Shown here: positions 19,788-30,467 of the stretch, piece after piece | Layout: every line of letters starts with the position of its first letter | Numbering within the stretch: position 1 is the first letter of the stretch | Source: Nitrospirota bacterium | GTDB taxonomy: Bacteria; Nitrospirota; UBA9217 | Direction: 5' to 3' | Assembly: GCA_963737155.1 (NCBI GenBank) | Contig: CAVTRN010000002.1 | Coordinates: 2,656,001 to 2,720,000, forward strand | DNA: 64,000 nt | The notes under the pieces: generated by a model | Database searches by the model: none | Told to the model about the DNA's origin: nothing | What the model saw: the letters and a program-made list of their open reading frames with translations, nothing else | Made by a program: the position numbers and the translations under genes

Positions 19788-19815
19788 AATCCGTATGCTC
19801 CTCCTTTTTATTAGA

Positions 19816-21855
19816 TCAATGGATGGCCGCCATGGTCTTCTCGGCTTGCTCCCTTCCGGGGAATGTCGACTTGGAAGCCAAGGCTATCTTCAGATACTGT
19901 ATGGCCTTTTCCGGCTGGCCGATCTGATTGTATGCCATACCTAGATGGTAGTTAATGACCGGGTTCCCGGCGCTCTTGGCCTGCGCCTTCCCCAGCCACT
20001 CGATGGCCTGCTGCACATCGCCCTTGCGGTAATTGACCCAGCCAAGGGTATCAAACACTGACGGATTATCGGGATTCAGCGTTCTCGCCTTTTCGGCAAG
20101 TGCAAGGGCACGGTCAAGGTTTTTTTTCCCGAAACCGTATTCGGTCAGGAGATAAGCCAGGTCGTTCGTCGTCTCCCAGAGGTCCGGACGGGCGCGCACC
20201 GCATACTCAAGTTCGTTTATGGCCTTGCCCCATTTTTTCTGGCCGCCGTAAAGGGCGCTCAACTTCTCGTAACTCAGCGGATTGTTCGGTGCGAGCTGCT
20301 GGATGTCCAGATACTCCCCTTCTGCCCGCCGTGCGTCCCCATCTAGAAGCAATAGGTCACCCAGATCGGCATGCACATCAAGGTCCTTGGGATTCGCGAC
20401 CAGTAGCTTGCGGAACTCAGCCTCGGCGTTCTTGAAATCCTTCTGCACGGTGTAAATGCGAGCCATGGCGAGATTCACCTCGCGGGAGTTCGGCGCAATT
20501 TTCAATGCATTCTGAAGCGTATCAAAGGCCAGATGATAATCCTTGTTCAACAGGTCGGCTTCCGCCAGGCTGATATACCCGGGGATAAAATCCTGCCGTT
20601 CGTTTATCACAGTCCTGAACGATGACACGGCCCGCACTGCCTCCTGCTTCTTGAGGTAAATGGTTCCCTCAATGAAGTTGGCATCAACATTTTTCGGGCT
20701 TTCTTTGATCACTTCGTCGGCATACTGTTTTGCCTTGTCCAACTCCTGACGGGAGAGATAGTAGTCTGCCAGGGAATTCTTGGTGTGCAGAATATTGGGA
20801 TTGTCGGCATCCCTTTCCAACTTCAGGCATTCCTGCAGGACGGTAAGCCCCTCATCAGGTCGATTGGCTGTAAAATAGTACGCGCTCAAGGCGAAACGGA
20901 TCGGGAAGCTCTTGCCATTCTGCCTAATCCCTTCCTTCAACTGCTCCTCGCCATCGGCAGGCTTATTTCGTGCTATATAGAACTGAGCAGACTGGATCCA
21001 GCGGTCCTCCTTTTTAGGATTCGCCTGTACGTACGAACTCAGTACGTCCTTTGCTTGCTGCTCCTTGCCTGACTGCCAGTAGATCGAGGCCAAGCTTAAG
21101 TGATACTGGTTCACGTCCGGTTCTATTTCGACGACCCTCTGCATCTGGTGGATTGCATCGTCCATCCGTTTCTTCTTCATATAAAATTCGGCAAGGCCGA
21201 GATAAAGGGGAACGGATTTCTGATTTTCCCTGATGCCGTCCAACAAGACCCGCTCGACGTTCACTGCGTCATCCTTCTCGGCGTAGATCGAGGTCAAGAG
21301 CATGTAACCTTCAGGTTTATGGACGTTGCGGCCGAGCACCGACTCGAAATACGTGCGGGCGCTCTCTATATCCTTTTTCTTCAACAACACTGCTCCCTTC
21401 AGGATGAGGGCATCCTCGTGCGCAGGGTTGCTCTTCAGGATGAGTTCGGCCTTGTCCATGGCTTCACGTGTATTTCCGCTGCCCAGGAGGAACCATCCCA
21501 TCTGCAGTTGGGCATCCCAGTGCCGAGGGTTCAGTTCAATAGCCTTGTAGAAACTGCCGTAGGCTCCGCGCGGGTCGCCAGATTTCAGAGTAGTCATCCC
21601 CATCATGTAGTAAGCATCGGCATATTTGACATCAATCTGGAGCGCGTTTTTGAATTCCAGTCTCGCCTTTGCGTATTCCCCTTTTTCATAAAGCGCTTTG
21701 CCTTTGTTATAAAACTGGGCCTTTTTCTGTTCGGGCCCGCCGCAGGACACCGTCGTCATCACGGCCAACAACACAACAATTCCCACCAGCACCCTGTTCT
21801 TCATACACATATTCTTCGCCTCCCTTTTCCACAGCCGAAAAATAAAACCGGTCAT
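19816..21855 (-). CDS. TPR-repeat lipoprotein (PrsT-like, PEP-CTERM/EPS system)
   Basis: Lipobox VSC, many TPRs, C-terminal NDLAYLL...DTLGW..Y. Confidence 0.85.
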   Translation of the reverse strand: MTGFIFRLWKREAKNMCMKNRVLVGIVVLLAVMTTVSCGGPEQKKAQFYNKGKALYEKGEYAKARLEFKNALQIDVKYADAYYMMGMTTLKSGDPRGAYGSFYKAIELNPRHWDAQLQMGWFLLGSGNTREAMDKAELILKSNPAHEDALILKGAVLLKKKDIESARTYFESVLGRNVHKPEGYMLLTSIYAEKDDAVNVERVLLDGIRENQKSVPLYLGLAEFYMKKKRMDDAIHQMQRVVEIEPDVNQYHLSLASIYWQSGKEQQAKDVLSSYVQANPKKEDRWIQSAQFYIARNKPADGEEQLKEGIRQNGKSFPIRFALSAYYFTANRPDEGLTVLQECLKLERDADNPNILHTKNSLADYYLSRQELDKAKQYADEVIKESPKNVDANFIEGTIYLKKQEAVRAVSSFRTVINERQDFIPGYISLAEADLLNKDYHLAFDTLQNALKIAPNSREVNLAMARIYTVQKDFKNAEAEFRKLLVANPKDLDVHADLGDLLLLDGDARRAEGEYLDIQQLAPNNPLSYEKLSALYGGQKKWGKAINELEYAVRARPDLWETTNDLAYLLTEYGFGKKNLDRALALAEKARTLNPDNPSVFDTLGWVNYRKGDVQQAIEWLGKAQAKSAGNPVINYHLGMAYNQIGQPEKAIQYLKIALASKSTFPGREQAEKTMAAIH

Positions 21856-21950
21856 TGTTCACTATATTAGCGGCAGGCTTCGTTCAAGCTGTGCCGGATT
21901 TCCCTCCCCAGCGAGGATCCAAATGGTCCGTTCCTGCCGGATGCCTCCCC

Positions 21951-23594
21951 TCACACCCCCGCTAATCCACGGACGCCGAGAACTACAGTTGCCGCAAGCG
22001 TTGCCATCGCTAAAGCATCGAATTTTTCCCGAAGTTCGTTGATCAGCACTTCATAGCTAAAGAAAAACACGATAATCTCCACTGCAAGCAGGCCCAGGTT
22101 AAAATGATGCGCTAACTGACCTGTCAAATTGGGTACGGTCACTGCAATGAAGATGATCAGAAAGTCCATGGTCGACATTCTGAAACCTTTCAACCGTTTC
22201 GAAAATTTGACCGTGAGCATCACGAAAACAGCTATGATCCCGAAGCATAGTCGATACAGGAACAGTGACTTTTCGCTCATCCAGGTTGCTCTTCCTTCCT
22301 CGATGCAATAGAGCACGAGGGGGACCGTCATATATAGCACCAAGCGCAGACACGCCCCCAAGTATCTCTTCTGCGCGAAGAAGGCTCCCAGGATCAGCAC
22401 GCTGAAGCAAAGAGCCGTGATCGAGATATGCGCCGGAATCCGTGCGGGAATGAAGCAGGAGGCCAGCAGGAGAAGAGGAATTACCAATTTCGATGCGCCG
22501 AATGAGAACTTGATGATGTAGTTGTTTTCCCGAATCTTCCGCATCCGGTCCTTTATGGCACCTTCTAGCATGGGAATGCGCCGGAGCCGCAGAGCCTTGC
22601 GGTCCACCACGACAAACAGTCTGACAACGACCACGGAGAATGCACTATAGCCGGCAATGAGAATCCAGTCGGAATAATACTTGAAGAAGATGGCACACAA
22701 GATCATCAGCGCCTGTATCACGTATATGACAAACACCGCTTCGGAATGGGAAAGCCCAAAGTTGATCAGGCGGTGATGAAAATGGTTCTTGTCAGGTGCA
22801 AAAGGTGACTTGCCCCGGCTGATCCTATGCACCATCACTGTCAGTGTGTCGAGCACGGGTAATCCGAGAATGATGAGCGGCAGCACGGGGCTCAGGGGAG
22901 TGTTGCCTTGCGTCGTCTTAATTGCCAGTACGATCGCGGAGAACCCTAAGAGCTGACTTCCCGTATCGCCCATAAAGAGACTGGCGGGATGGGTGTTGAA
23001 CCGGAGAAATCCGAATATCGCGCCGGCCACTGCCATGGTTATGAGCAGGACCGTGTTACTGCCGTCAAGATAGGCGAGATATCCGATGCAGCAGAAGCTG
23101 AGCAGCGAGATACCCCCGGCTAGCCCGTCGAGGCCATCGGCCAGATTCACGGCGTTCGTAACCCCGACGATCGACACAAGGGTGAGCGCGATCTCCAACC
23201 ATTCGGCCAACTGCATGTCGCGGGGCAGCAGGCTGCCGAGGGAGCTGATCCTGAGCCCGCCGTAAAATATGATGATCATGGCCGCGAGGATCTGTCCACC
23301 GAACTTCGCCTGGTAGCCCAGCCCTTTCATGTCGTCGATGAATCCGAAGACTACCAGGAGGCTCGTTGCCGCGATGAAAGCCCGCACGAACTCGCTGGCA
23401 AGGGCCCAAAAGATGATGGGGATGAAGACACCAATGGCCATCGCCAGCCCCCCGATCCTCGGCACCGGATGGATATGGACTTTCCGGGGGTTGGGAAGGT
23501 CCACAACCTGGTATTTGTCCGCAAGCCTCATCATCATGGGTATGAGGCTAACAGTAATGAATACCGAGAGCAATAAAGTCGAGAGATATAACAT
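21951..23594 (-). CDS. WecA/MraY-like polyprenyl-phosphate GlcNAc-1-P transferase (initiating enzyme)
   Basis: D.P..RKVH..P.PRIGG, GFIDD, NAVNLADGLDGLAGG, FMGDTGS, D..HFHH. Confidence 0.92.
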   Translation of the reverse strand: MLYLSTLLLSVFITVSLIPMMMRLADKYQVVDLPNPRKVHIHPVPRIGGLAMAIGVFIPIIFWALASEFVRAFIAATSLLVVFGFIDDMKGLGYQAKFGGQILAAMIIIFYGGLRISSLGSLLPRDMQLAEWLEIALTLVSIVGVTNAVNLADGLDGLAGGISLLSFCCIGYLAYLDGSNTVLLITMAVAGAIFGFLRFNTHPASLFMGDTGSQLLGFSAIVLAIKTTQGNTPLSPVLPLIILGLPVLDTLTVMVHRISRGKSPFAPDKNHFHHRLINFGLSHSEAVFVIYVIQALMILCAIFFKYYSDWILIAGYSAFSVVVVRLFVVVDRKALRLRRIPMLEGAIKDRMRKIRENNYIIKFSFGASKLVIPLLLLASCFIPARIPAHISITALCFSVLILGAFFAQKRYLGACLRLVLYMTVPLVLYCIEEGRATWMSEKSLFLYRLCFGIIAVFVMLTVKFSKRLKGFRMSTMDFLIIFIAVTVPNLTGQLAHHFNLGLLAVEIIVFFFSYEVLINELREKFDALAMATLAATVVLGVRGLAGV

Positions 23595-23606
23595 AAGGGG
23601 GAAATG

Positions 23607-25178
23607 CTATGTAGTGACCTGCTTTTCTTTCAGGAACTGAAGAAGGACAGGCATAAGGTCCCGTATGAACGTGTCAAGCCTCTGCTCGGCATTTTCTATC
23701 CGTTCCGTCCCGTTGATAGGTGTGATCGGACGCAGAAACAGGTCATAGGTATTGTCCCTACGGAGGGCATGGAGCGAAAGATGGAATCGGTTGATGTTTT
23801 TGTCGTAAGTGGCTCGGTCCTTGGTCTGGAACCAGAAGTACACGAGTTGCCGTATCCCTTCCTTTTCGATCACCATCGTCATGACCTCGAGGGTACCGAA
23901 AAAGGGGACGCCGGTAATAGTTCTACGTTGCACGTTCTGTTCCAACCATCCTGAAGAAGGGATGCATACCGTGGGACTGTGAAAGAAGTTCTCATCGGCA
24001 AGGAACGCCGAACTGCGGTACCCAACATAAAGCGATACACGGCCACCGGACCGGTCCGTGAAATATCCGCTGAAAGCCTGTTCAGCGCCTGATTCCTGAA
24101 TCATGACCGGGTTGACTACCTCCTGATTCCCTTTCCATGGACCGATGACCAGAGGCAGGCTCTCGATGCCACCCGCGATGGCAACGGGCGGCAGAGTACT
24201 CGTGCTAAGGCTGAATGCTGCGACGGCTATTAGGACCCCCACAGAGACCAGGAACGCGGGCGTTGTCTTACCCCGCTTTGTCTCCACGAATGGGGCAGAA
24301 GTGGTTTTTGGTGCAGCTGGTTGTTGGCCGACCTTGGTCCGGGGCGTGAACATCTTCAGAGCCCAGCTGACGACAAAAAGCATGATGAAGGCAAACACGA
24401 ATACGATCCAGCCCTCCAGGTCATGAAAGAACCCCTGTGCAACCCTAGGGCCGAAACGGTCCATGAGCACCCCCGTGAGCCCTATCCGCAATGCATTGAA
24501 CAGGACACCAACGGGAATGGTCATAAGAACGCAGACTGCTCTCTTCCAGAAAACTCGCTCAAAGAAATGCGCAAAGAGGAATCCCAGGGCGAGCAGCGGG
24601 AAGATATAGCGCATGCCGCTGCATGCGTCGACCACCTGCAGTTGCATCGCGCCGAGATCGATGATATTGCCGCTTACGTTAACCGGGACATTGCACAGGG
24701 CTATAAACGCCCCCCCCAGTCTGGTGGATATGGCTTTGAGATGCAGACCGAGATACCGCTCGATGACCGCGGGAAGGGGGACCATGAAAATTAGGAAGCC
24801 CAGCGGCAGCACCAGCTTCCAAACAGCCTCGATCCCGAAACAGAACAGTGTGAACAGTATTATCAGCAGTGGCACTGACGGCATGGATATATTGCCACTA
24901 GAGCCAAGTATCCCGTAGAGAGAGAGTAAGGTGAACAGCAGCAGCACTGGCAGCCCGCCCCATGCGCTCCTAACCGGAATCGTGCCAAAGCTCTTCCGCT
25001 TCTCCCAGAGCAGATAGGCCGATACGAGCGGGATCATGAATCCGTAGGAGTAGTCCTCGTTCTCCATCCAGATCGTCGCCATGGATCTAAGGGGCACCCA
25101 GTAGGCAATGAAAAAGAGCGCGGCCAGCACGAAGATCTGCGTTCTGGTATCACCAATGCGGGCAAGGAATCTGTTCAT
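23607..25178 (-). CDS. Exosortase (EpsH family) fused to EpsI domain, probably XrtD type
   Basis: YSYG..IP, VVDACSG, N.LRI, FFHD catalytic motifs; C-terminal HSPTVC..SSGW and YFWFQ. VPLPA-type CTERM substrate at 61449-62240. Confidence 0.9.
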   Translation of the reverse strand: MNRFLARIGDTRTQIFVLAALFFIAYWVPLRSMATIWMENEDYSYGFMIPLVSAYLLWEKRKSFGTIPVRSAWGGLPVLLLFTLLSLYGILGSSGNISMPSVPLLIILFTLFCFGIEAVWKLVLPLGFLIFMVPLPAVIERYLGLHLKAISTRLGGAFIALCNVPVNVSGNIIDLGAMQLQVVDACSGMRYIFPLLALGFLFAHFFERVFWKRAVCVLMTIPVGVLFNALRIGLTGVLMDRFGPRVAQGFFHDLEGWIVFVFAFIMLFVVSWALKMFTPRTKVGQQPAAPKTTSAPFVETKRGKTTPAFLVSVGVLIAVAAFSLSTSTLPPVAIAGGIESLPLVIGPWKGNQEVVNPVMIQESGAEQAFSGYFTDRSGGRVSLYVGYRSSAFLADENFFHSPTVCIPSSGWLEQNVQRRTITGVPFFGTLEVMTMVIEKEGIRQLVYFWFQTKDRATYDKNINRFHLSLHALRRDNTYDLFLRPITPINGTERIENAEQRLDTFIRDLMPVLLQFLKEKQVTT

Positions 25179-26134
25179 GGGCAGACCACATCCCTGCCAT
25201 TCCATTTGTTCCGCGCGATCCAAAACAGAGGCACCCAGATTTTCCGCCGGATGAGGTGACCCACGCTCCCGATCATCCAGCAGTTATGGTCGCAACAGCC
25301 TACCCGTTGCCGCGCCTCTGTGGCCTCCGGACTGATCCATATCTCCGAAAAGGGCTTTTCTTTTATGTTCCCGAAGGCCTGGTTCATGACGTTGCAGGGT
25401 CGGACATCGCCGAAGGGGTCAATGAAAAAGGAATCGCTTGCCATGGTGCACTTCAGCTCCCTCTGCCCTCCGTGCATATGCTCCACGATCCCCTTCGTGA
25501 AGTATGCGCGGAACCAGTCCTTAGGATGGAAGGATTTGAGGTATTCGTGCATGAGCTTCCGTATTTCGGCCTCAACACGGTGCTTGTCGTTGATTACGTT
25601 GTCTTCCTTGTGGAAATAGTAAGCGTTGTGAAGGATGGCGGTTGCCAGCTCCACGTCGTGTTCGCAGGCAAGCTTGTACAGCGGCACCAAATCTTTGGCA
25701 TTCTGGTCCGATATCGTCACGGCAATGCCCAAGTCCTTGATGCCAAGTTTTTTGAGGCCCGTCAAGCTGTCCAGTGCTCGGCGGTGGGCTTTGGAAACGC
25801 CCCTAACCCGGTCATGGGTTTCGCCGATGCCGTCAAAACTGATCCTGATTCCCACGTCCTGGCGATCTTTCATAACCGCAAGGATCTTTTTTGTCGCGAA
25901 CCCGTTCGTACTGATCACGACCCTCTTCGCTTTGCTCTTGACCACGTCCAGGACATCGCCTAAATCGTCACGCAGAAAGGGTTCTCCGCCGGTGATATTA
26001 AGCCTGTTGAGAGAAGGCAGTGTCTTCAGGTCATCCGGCCTAATCTCGCTATTCCGGTCGCTTGGATATAGCCATGTATTGCACATGATGCAGCGGCTGT
26101 TGCATCGATAGGTTACTGCCACGATCCCGTCCAT
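25175..26134 (-). CDS. Radical SAM / SPASM protein
   Basis: CNSRCIMC, TGGEPF, C-terminal Cys cluster. Confidence 0.92.
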   Translation of the reverse strand: MDGIVAVTYRCNSRCIMCNTWLYPSDRNSEIRPDDLKTLPSLNRLNITGGEPFLRDDLGDVLDVVKSKAKRVVISTNGFATKKILAVMKDRQDVGIRISFDGIGETHDRVRGVSKAHRRALDSLTGLKKLGIKDLGIAVTISDQNAKDLVPLYKLACEHDVELATAILHNAYYFHKEDNVINDKHRVEAEIRKLMHEYLKSFHPKDWFRAYFTKGIVEHMHGGQRELKCTMASDSFFIDPFGDVRPCNVMNQAFGNIKEKPFSEIWISPEATEARQRVGCCDHNCWMIGSVGHLIRRKIWVPLFWIARNKWNGRDVVCP

Positions 26135-26152
26135 ATGTTCACCTCGATTTCG

Positions 26153-27280
26153 TTATCCCCGTGCTGGGGCACATGCACTGCCGTTCCAGAACAGGGAAAG
26201 ATACAATGTCTCCATTTGATCCGCCACCGCATCCCATGAGAAGTTTTTCCGAACATGCTCCAGCGCGGGTCTCTTCTTTTCATGAACCTTAGAAGGATGT
26301 TCGATCAGGTCAAACAACACGCGCCGGAGATCGCTGGCATCGCGGTTTCGGAACGTGTATCCATAATCTTCCACAGCCTCCAGATTTTCAGGGATGTCGC
26401 TGGAGAGGCAACAATTCCCGTAGTTCATGGCCTCCAACAGCGCCACGGGCAACCCCTCCAACATCGAGGGGAGGCAGAACATATAGGCGTTGCTGAAGAG
26501 CTCCTCGAGCGGCGCCCCTTTGACAAAACCGGGGAACAAGATCCTCCGGTCATCCCCAGCCAAGTTTCGGAGCCGAGCCTTGTACGGTTCCGCATACGCC
26601 GCATCCCCAGCAATAACCAGCTTCATGTCCGTCTTTATTCCCTGAAAGGCCTCGATCAGGAGGTGGGCGCCCTTTTCAGGTACCAAGCGTGCGGCGAAAA
26701 GGATGTACTGGCCCGGGACAAGTCCCTGTTCAAGAATCCACTGTGGCGGTCGGTATTCCACTGGGCTCACGCCGTTCGGAATGTAGACCACTTCGCGGCC
26801 GAATCGCGTTTCATAATAATTCTTTTGCACTTTCGACACGGCCGTGATCTTGCTCGGGAAGTATGCTACGCTGTAATCCGACAGCCGAAGAAACGTCTTG
26901 CCGGTCAGACCCCACTTGTCCCGTTTCCACTCCAAGCCGTGTGTCTGCACGACCGTGGGGATGCCTCTCATCCGTGGGAATATCGAAAAGAGCGAAGGCC
27001 CCACGGCATGCACATGAACCAAGTCAACGTTGCCATGTCGCATAACGTCCAGCGTCGCGTTCCAGCAGATAGACAGCTTGTGGAATGCCCTGGTATTCAC
27101 CGAGGGGACTGTGGTGATACGCATGCCTTTGAAAATTCCGTCCAACGTACCATAGTTCCTGCTGGAGTACACGGTCACTGCATGGCCTCTAGCGACCATG
27201 CGAGAGCCCAGCTCCTCTGTCACTTTTTCCACTCCGCCTCCACCGGGCATGCCCTTGACAGCAATGTAGGCTATCCTCAT
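26153..27280 (-). CDS. Glycosyltransferase family 4
   Basis: GGVE, ARLVPEKG, EGLPVALLEAM. Confidence 0.93.
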   Translation of the reverse strand: MRIAYIAVKGMPGGGGVEKVTEELGSRMVARGHAVTVYSSRNYGTLDGIFKGMRITTVPSVNTRAFHKLSICWNATLDVMRHGNVDLVHVHAVGPSLFSIFPRMRGIPTVVQTHGLEWKRDKWGLTGKTFLRLSDYSVAYFPSKITAVSKVQKNYYETRFGREVVYIPNGVSPVEYRPPQWILEQGLVPGQYILFAARLVPEKGAHLLIEAFQGIKTDMKLVIAGDAAYAEPYKARLRNLAGDDRRILFPGFVKGAPLEELFSNAYMFCLPSMLEGLPVALLEAMNYGNCCLSSDIPENLEAVEDYGYTFRNRDASDLRRVLFDLIEHPSKVHEKKRPALEHVRKNFSWDAVADQMETLYLSLFWNGSACAPARG

Positions 27281-28500
27281 TATCCCAACGCTTTCTGGTA
27301 CGCCTGCATCAACTGATCAAAATGGGACGCGGCACTATAGCGCTCGGCCTTTCTTCGGGCAGCTTTTCCCATCGCGATGACGCGGTCTTCGGGCAGAGCC
27401 AGAAACAGTTCCAGCTTTTTCTGTAGATCCGCCGCGTTGCCAGGCTCGAACAGGTAGCCGTTGATCCCATCGTCAACCATCTCCGGAATGCCTCCGATCC
27501 TCGCCCCAATCACAGGCTTGCCGCGGCTGAAGGATTCGAGGATCGCCATAGGTGCATTCTCATACCATTCGGAAGGGAGAATTACGACTCTTGCAGAGTC
27601 TATTGTTTCCTCGAGCGGCGCCGCCGTTAAATAGCCCGTAAACTTTATGTTCTCCTTCTGCTCTTGTGTGACCATCTCCTCCACCGCCTGGCGGTCCGGG
27701 CCGTCGCCCACTACGTAAAGGGGAAGGTCGGTCCTCACCCTTCCCAAGGCGGCAATGAGCGTCCGGATACCCTTTTCCCGCGAGAGCCGACCGAAATGTA
27801 ACATATACCTGCCCGCCCGCTCTGACTCCGCCATGCCGTCCAAGTCGACTGGATTCGGGATGTGCACGAAGCGGCCAGCATCAAAACCGAATTCCCGATG
27901 TTTGTTCAGCAGAAACAGGCTGGGGGCTATAAAGAGTTTCACTGAAGCGTACTTCCTGAAAAAATGGCTAAAGTACGACTCTGCTGCGTAGATCGCGGAC
28001 GCTATCGTGTTGTCCTTATGGCATCTTGTCAATACTGCATGGTAAAACTTGTTCCCCTTGCATTGCTCGCAGACTCGGCCGTGGTTCAGCATGAGGTAAC
28101 TGGGGCACAGGAGCTTGAGGTCGTGCAGCGTCATCACCGCAGGCACGTCCTTTTCTTTCAATGCATCCAATACGGAAGTGCTAAGCCCACCGTAAATATT
28201 GTGTGCGTGGACCAGATCGGGCTTGAACTGTTCCAGCATACGCCGCAGTCCCTGGCGCGCCGGACTGGAGTAGATCATCTCCTTGACGGTCCTAACGCCC
28301 TCGAACGAAACACGGTAGCTGTCCCGCTGGATTGCAGCCGGAAAAAACCGCTCATAAGGAGCGGAATTATTGCGTGGATAGGACCTGGTAAATATGGCAA
28401 CCTCGTGCCCTGCCTTCTGCAGCATCCGCATCTCTTCGAAGAGGACCCGTTCGGATCCTCCACGGAGATAATAAAAGTTATTTAAAAATAAAATCTTCAT
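27280..28500 (-). CDS. Glycosyltransferase family 4
   Basis: GGSE, HAHNIY, GRLSREKG, ENAPMAILES. Confidence 0.93.
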   Translation of the reverse strand: MKILFLNNFYYLRGGSERVLFEEMRMLQKAGHEVAIFTRSYPRNNSAPYERFFPAAIQRDSYRVSFEGVRTVKEMIYSSPARQGLRRMLEQFKPDLVHAHNIYGGLSTSVLDALKEKDVPAVMTLHDLKLLCPSYLMLNHGRVCEQCKGNKFYHAVLTRCHKDNTIASAIYAAESYFSHFFRKYASVKLFIAPSLFLLNKHREFGFDAGRFVHIPNPVDLDGMAESERAGRYMLHFGRLSREKGIRTLIAALGRVRTDLPLYVVGDGPDRQAVEEMVTQEQKENIKFTGYLTAAPLEETIDSARVVILPSEWYENAPMAILESFSRGKPVIGARIGGIPEMVDDGINGYLFEPGNAADLQKKLELFLALPEDRVIAMGKAARRKAERYSAASHFDQLMQAYQKALG

Positions 28501-30371
28501 CAGTTTGAGGTTAAGTTGACGGTCGTTCCATCTGCGTTCACAATGAGTATTCTGTCAACATTGTAAAGACTGTTCCCTCTAATATCACTTATTTGTCCCT
28601 CGTCAACCAGAATTCCCGGATCTGCATTCGTTATGACATTATTGGTCACTACTACTCCGGCGGCGGCAAACACTCCGGAGCCGGTACAGTTTGTGATATC
28701 GTTCTGATCCACTAAAACGTCGAGACCATCCGCAAATATGCCGGAGCGACCGGCGTTCTGTACGCTGTTCTGGATAACATTCACGTGGTCTATGGGTGGG
28801 CCATCCCCTCTTTGAAGAAATATTCCATCGTTCACCGTATCCCTCACCTGGTTTTCTGAAATAACGACATCCTCGGCTCCGCCCAGAATGCCGATGGCTC
28901 CATTTTGGCCCCCTTCAATATCGTTTCCGGTAATTGTTACCCCTCTAATCTGTCCGCTTTGCGTCGTATTAGTAGTACCGAATGCTGTAATACCGAAAGA
29001 TGCCCCTTTGGCGCATACCGTGTTTTGCTCAATCAGTACGTTCTCCACCATACCTTCCCATCCGAAGGCAGCTATGGGTTCGTCGCTGACTGATTCAACC
29101 CGATTGCCCTGCAATGTTATCTGCGACGTCGCCGGTGCCGGTAGAGGATCACTGTTCCTGACCATGATGCACCCTCCACTCACCTCGTTTGCATTGCTGA
29201 TCGAGCACCCCTCAACAGTCGCATTCTGGACCTGTCCGGACAGATCAATGGCGTACAACGGCGAGTCGACGACCATGGTAATGTTACTGATGTCCAAATT
29301 ATCAACATTATAGAAACGCACAATTCCGACAGCATCTCCGTCGAGCTGTGATCCTGTAAACTGGATCGCTAGATTGCGAAGAACAATGTTCCTGTTACCG
29401 TGGACAAAGTCCGAATTCGTGATGAACTGAGATCCGTTAAATGCGGTTCCGAGAGTGAGCACCGTCGCTTCTCCCTCTCCTTCCAGAACGGTATCCGAAG
29501 GGAGCTCGATAGTACTGGAGACCGAATAAACACCGGCTGACACATGGATAACGGTCACGCCATTAGTGATTGTCCGTGCGCAGGACGACAGGTCAAGCTC
29601 GGTTGCTGCGGTTGCACCCTGACTGACCGCTGCTGATTGAGCACTCGATGCTGGAGTGCCTGACGAACCCGCTCCGCCACTACCGCATCCGGTCATTCCA
29701 CCCAGTGAAATGGCGGCAATGAGGGTGGACGTCATCAGCATGTGCTGGATGCGAAGGCTGCGCCTGACGTGATGCGGCTTGACATAACCTTCTTCGACGA
29801 GCACCTCTCCGAGTTTTTTGTCGGATGCCTTATGCTTCCGCAACGCGTCGTCGAGCTGCTCTCGGGCAATGTAGCCCGCCGAAATAAGGATCTCGCCTAA
29901 TCTGAGCTTGCTGGTATGTCCAGCCACTCGATCCTGACGCCGCTGAAAATCCAGCAGGATGTCCAGTTGACTCTTAGAGACCATGCCACGACGCACGAAG
30001 ATCTCGCCCAGCTTCGCGCCGGTCCTTTTCTGTTCGGCTAGCGCTTGTTCAAGCTGCTGAGGTTCGACATTACCTGCCTGCACGAGCAGGTCCCCGAGCG
30101 TCTCGCGCATACCCGCAGCGAGTTTGACCGCGGTAGCGGGATTGCTGAGATGATCCTGAACGGAGAGCACCGCGTTGATCTCGGCAGCTTCCAGGACACC
30201 CATCCTCACCAGAATCTGGCCCAGTTGTTCGCTGGTTTTGACCTGCTCAAGGAGCGCCAGATTCAGGTTCTGTGCGGACAAGAACCCGCCGTCTAGCAAT
30301 ATTCGACCGAGGGGCCGCTTTGCTTTTTTATTCATAGGTTTCTCCGAGAAGCTGTCATGATAGATCCTCAT
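28500..30371 (-). CDS. Triple MshEN-like domain + membrane/lipobox segment + right-handed beta-helix protein
   Basis: Six xLGxxLxxxGxxxxxxLxxxLxxQ-type motifs, then LIAAISLGGMTGC, a Ser/Ala linker and pectate-lyase-like parallel beta-helix repeats. Confidence 0.8.
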   Translation of the reverse strand: MRIYHDSFSEKPMNKKAKRPLGRILLDGGFLSAQNLNLALLEQVKTSEQLGQILVRMGVLEAAEINAVLSVQDHLSNPATAVKLAAGMRETLGDLLVQAGNVEPQQLEQALAEQKRTGAKLGEIFVRRGMVSKSQLDILLDFQRRQDRVAGHTSKLRLGEILISAGYIAREQLDDALRKHKASDKKLGEVLVEEGYVKPHHVRRSLRIQHMLMTSTLIAAISLGGMTGCGSGGAGSSGTPASSAQSAAVSQGATAATELDLSSCARTITNGVTVIHVSAGVYSVSSTIELPSDTVLEGEGEATVLTLGTAFNGSQFITNSDFVHGNRNIVLRNLAIQFTGSQLDGDAVGIVRFYNVDNLDISNITMVVDSPLYAIDLSGQVQNATVEGCSISNANEVSGGCIMVRNSDPLPAPATSQITLQGNRVESVSDEPIAAFGWEGMVENVLIEQNTVCAKGASFGITAFGTTNTTQSGQIRGVTITGNDIEGGQNGAIGILGGAEDVVISENQVRDTVNDGIFLQRGDGPPIDHVNVIQNSVQNAGRSGIFADGLDVLVDQNDITNCTGSGVFAAAGVVVTNNVITNADPGILVDEGQISDIRGNSLYNVDRILIVNADGTTVNLTSN

Positions 30372-30467
30372 GCCATGGGGGAGGAATATTCATTTTTTGC
30401 TCGTCGGGTCAGAACACGACATGTTTGGGTCTAGAAGCAGCGTTCGATGAGCCATGCCCGAGGATCA

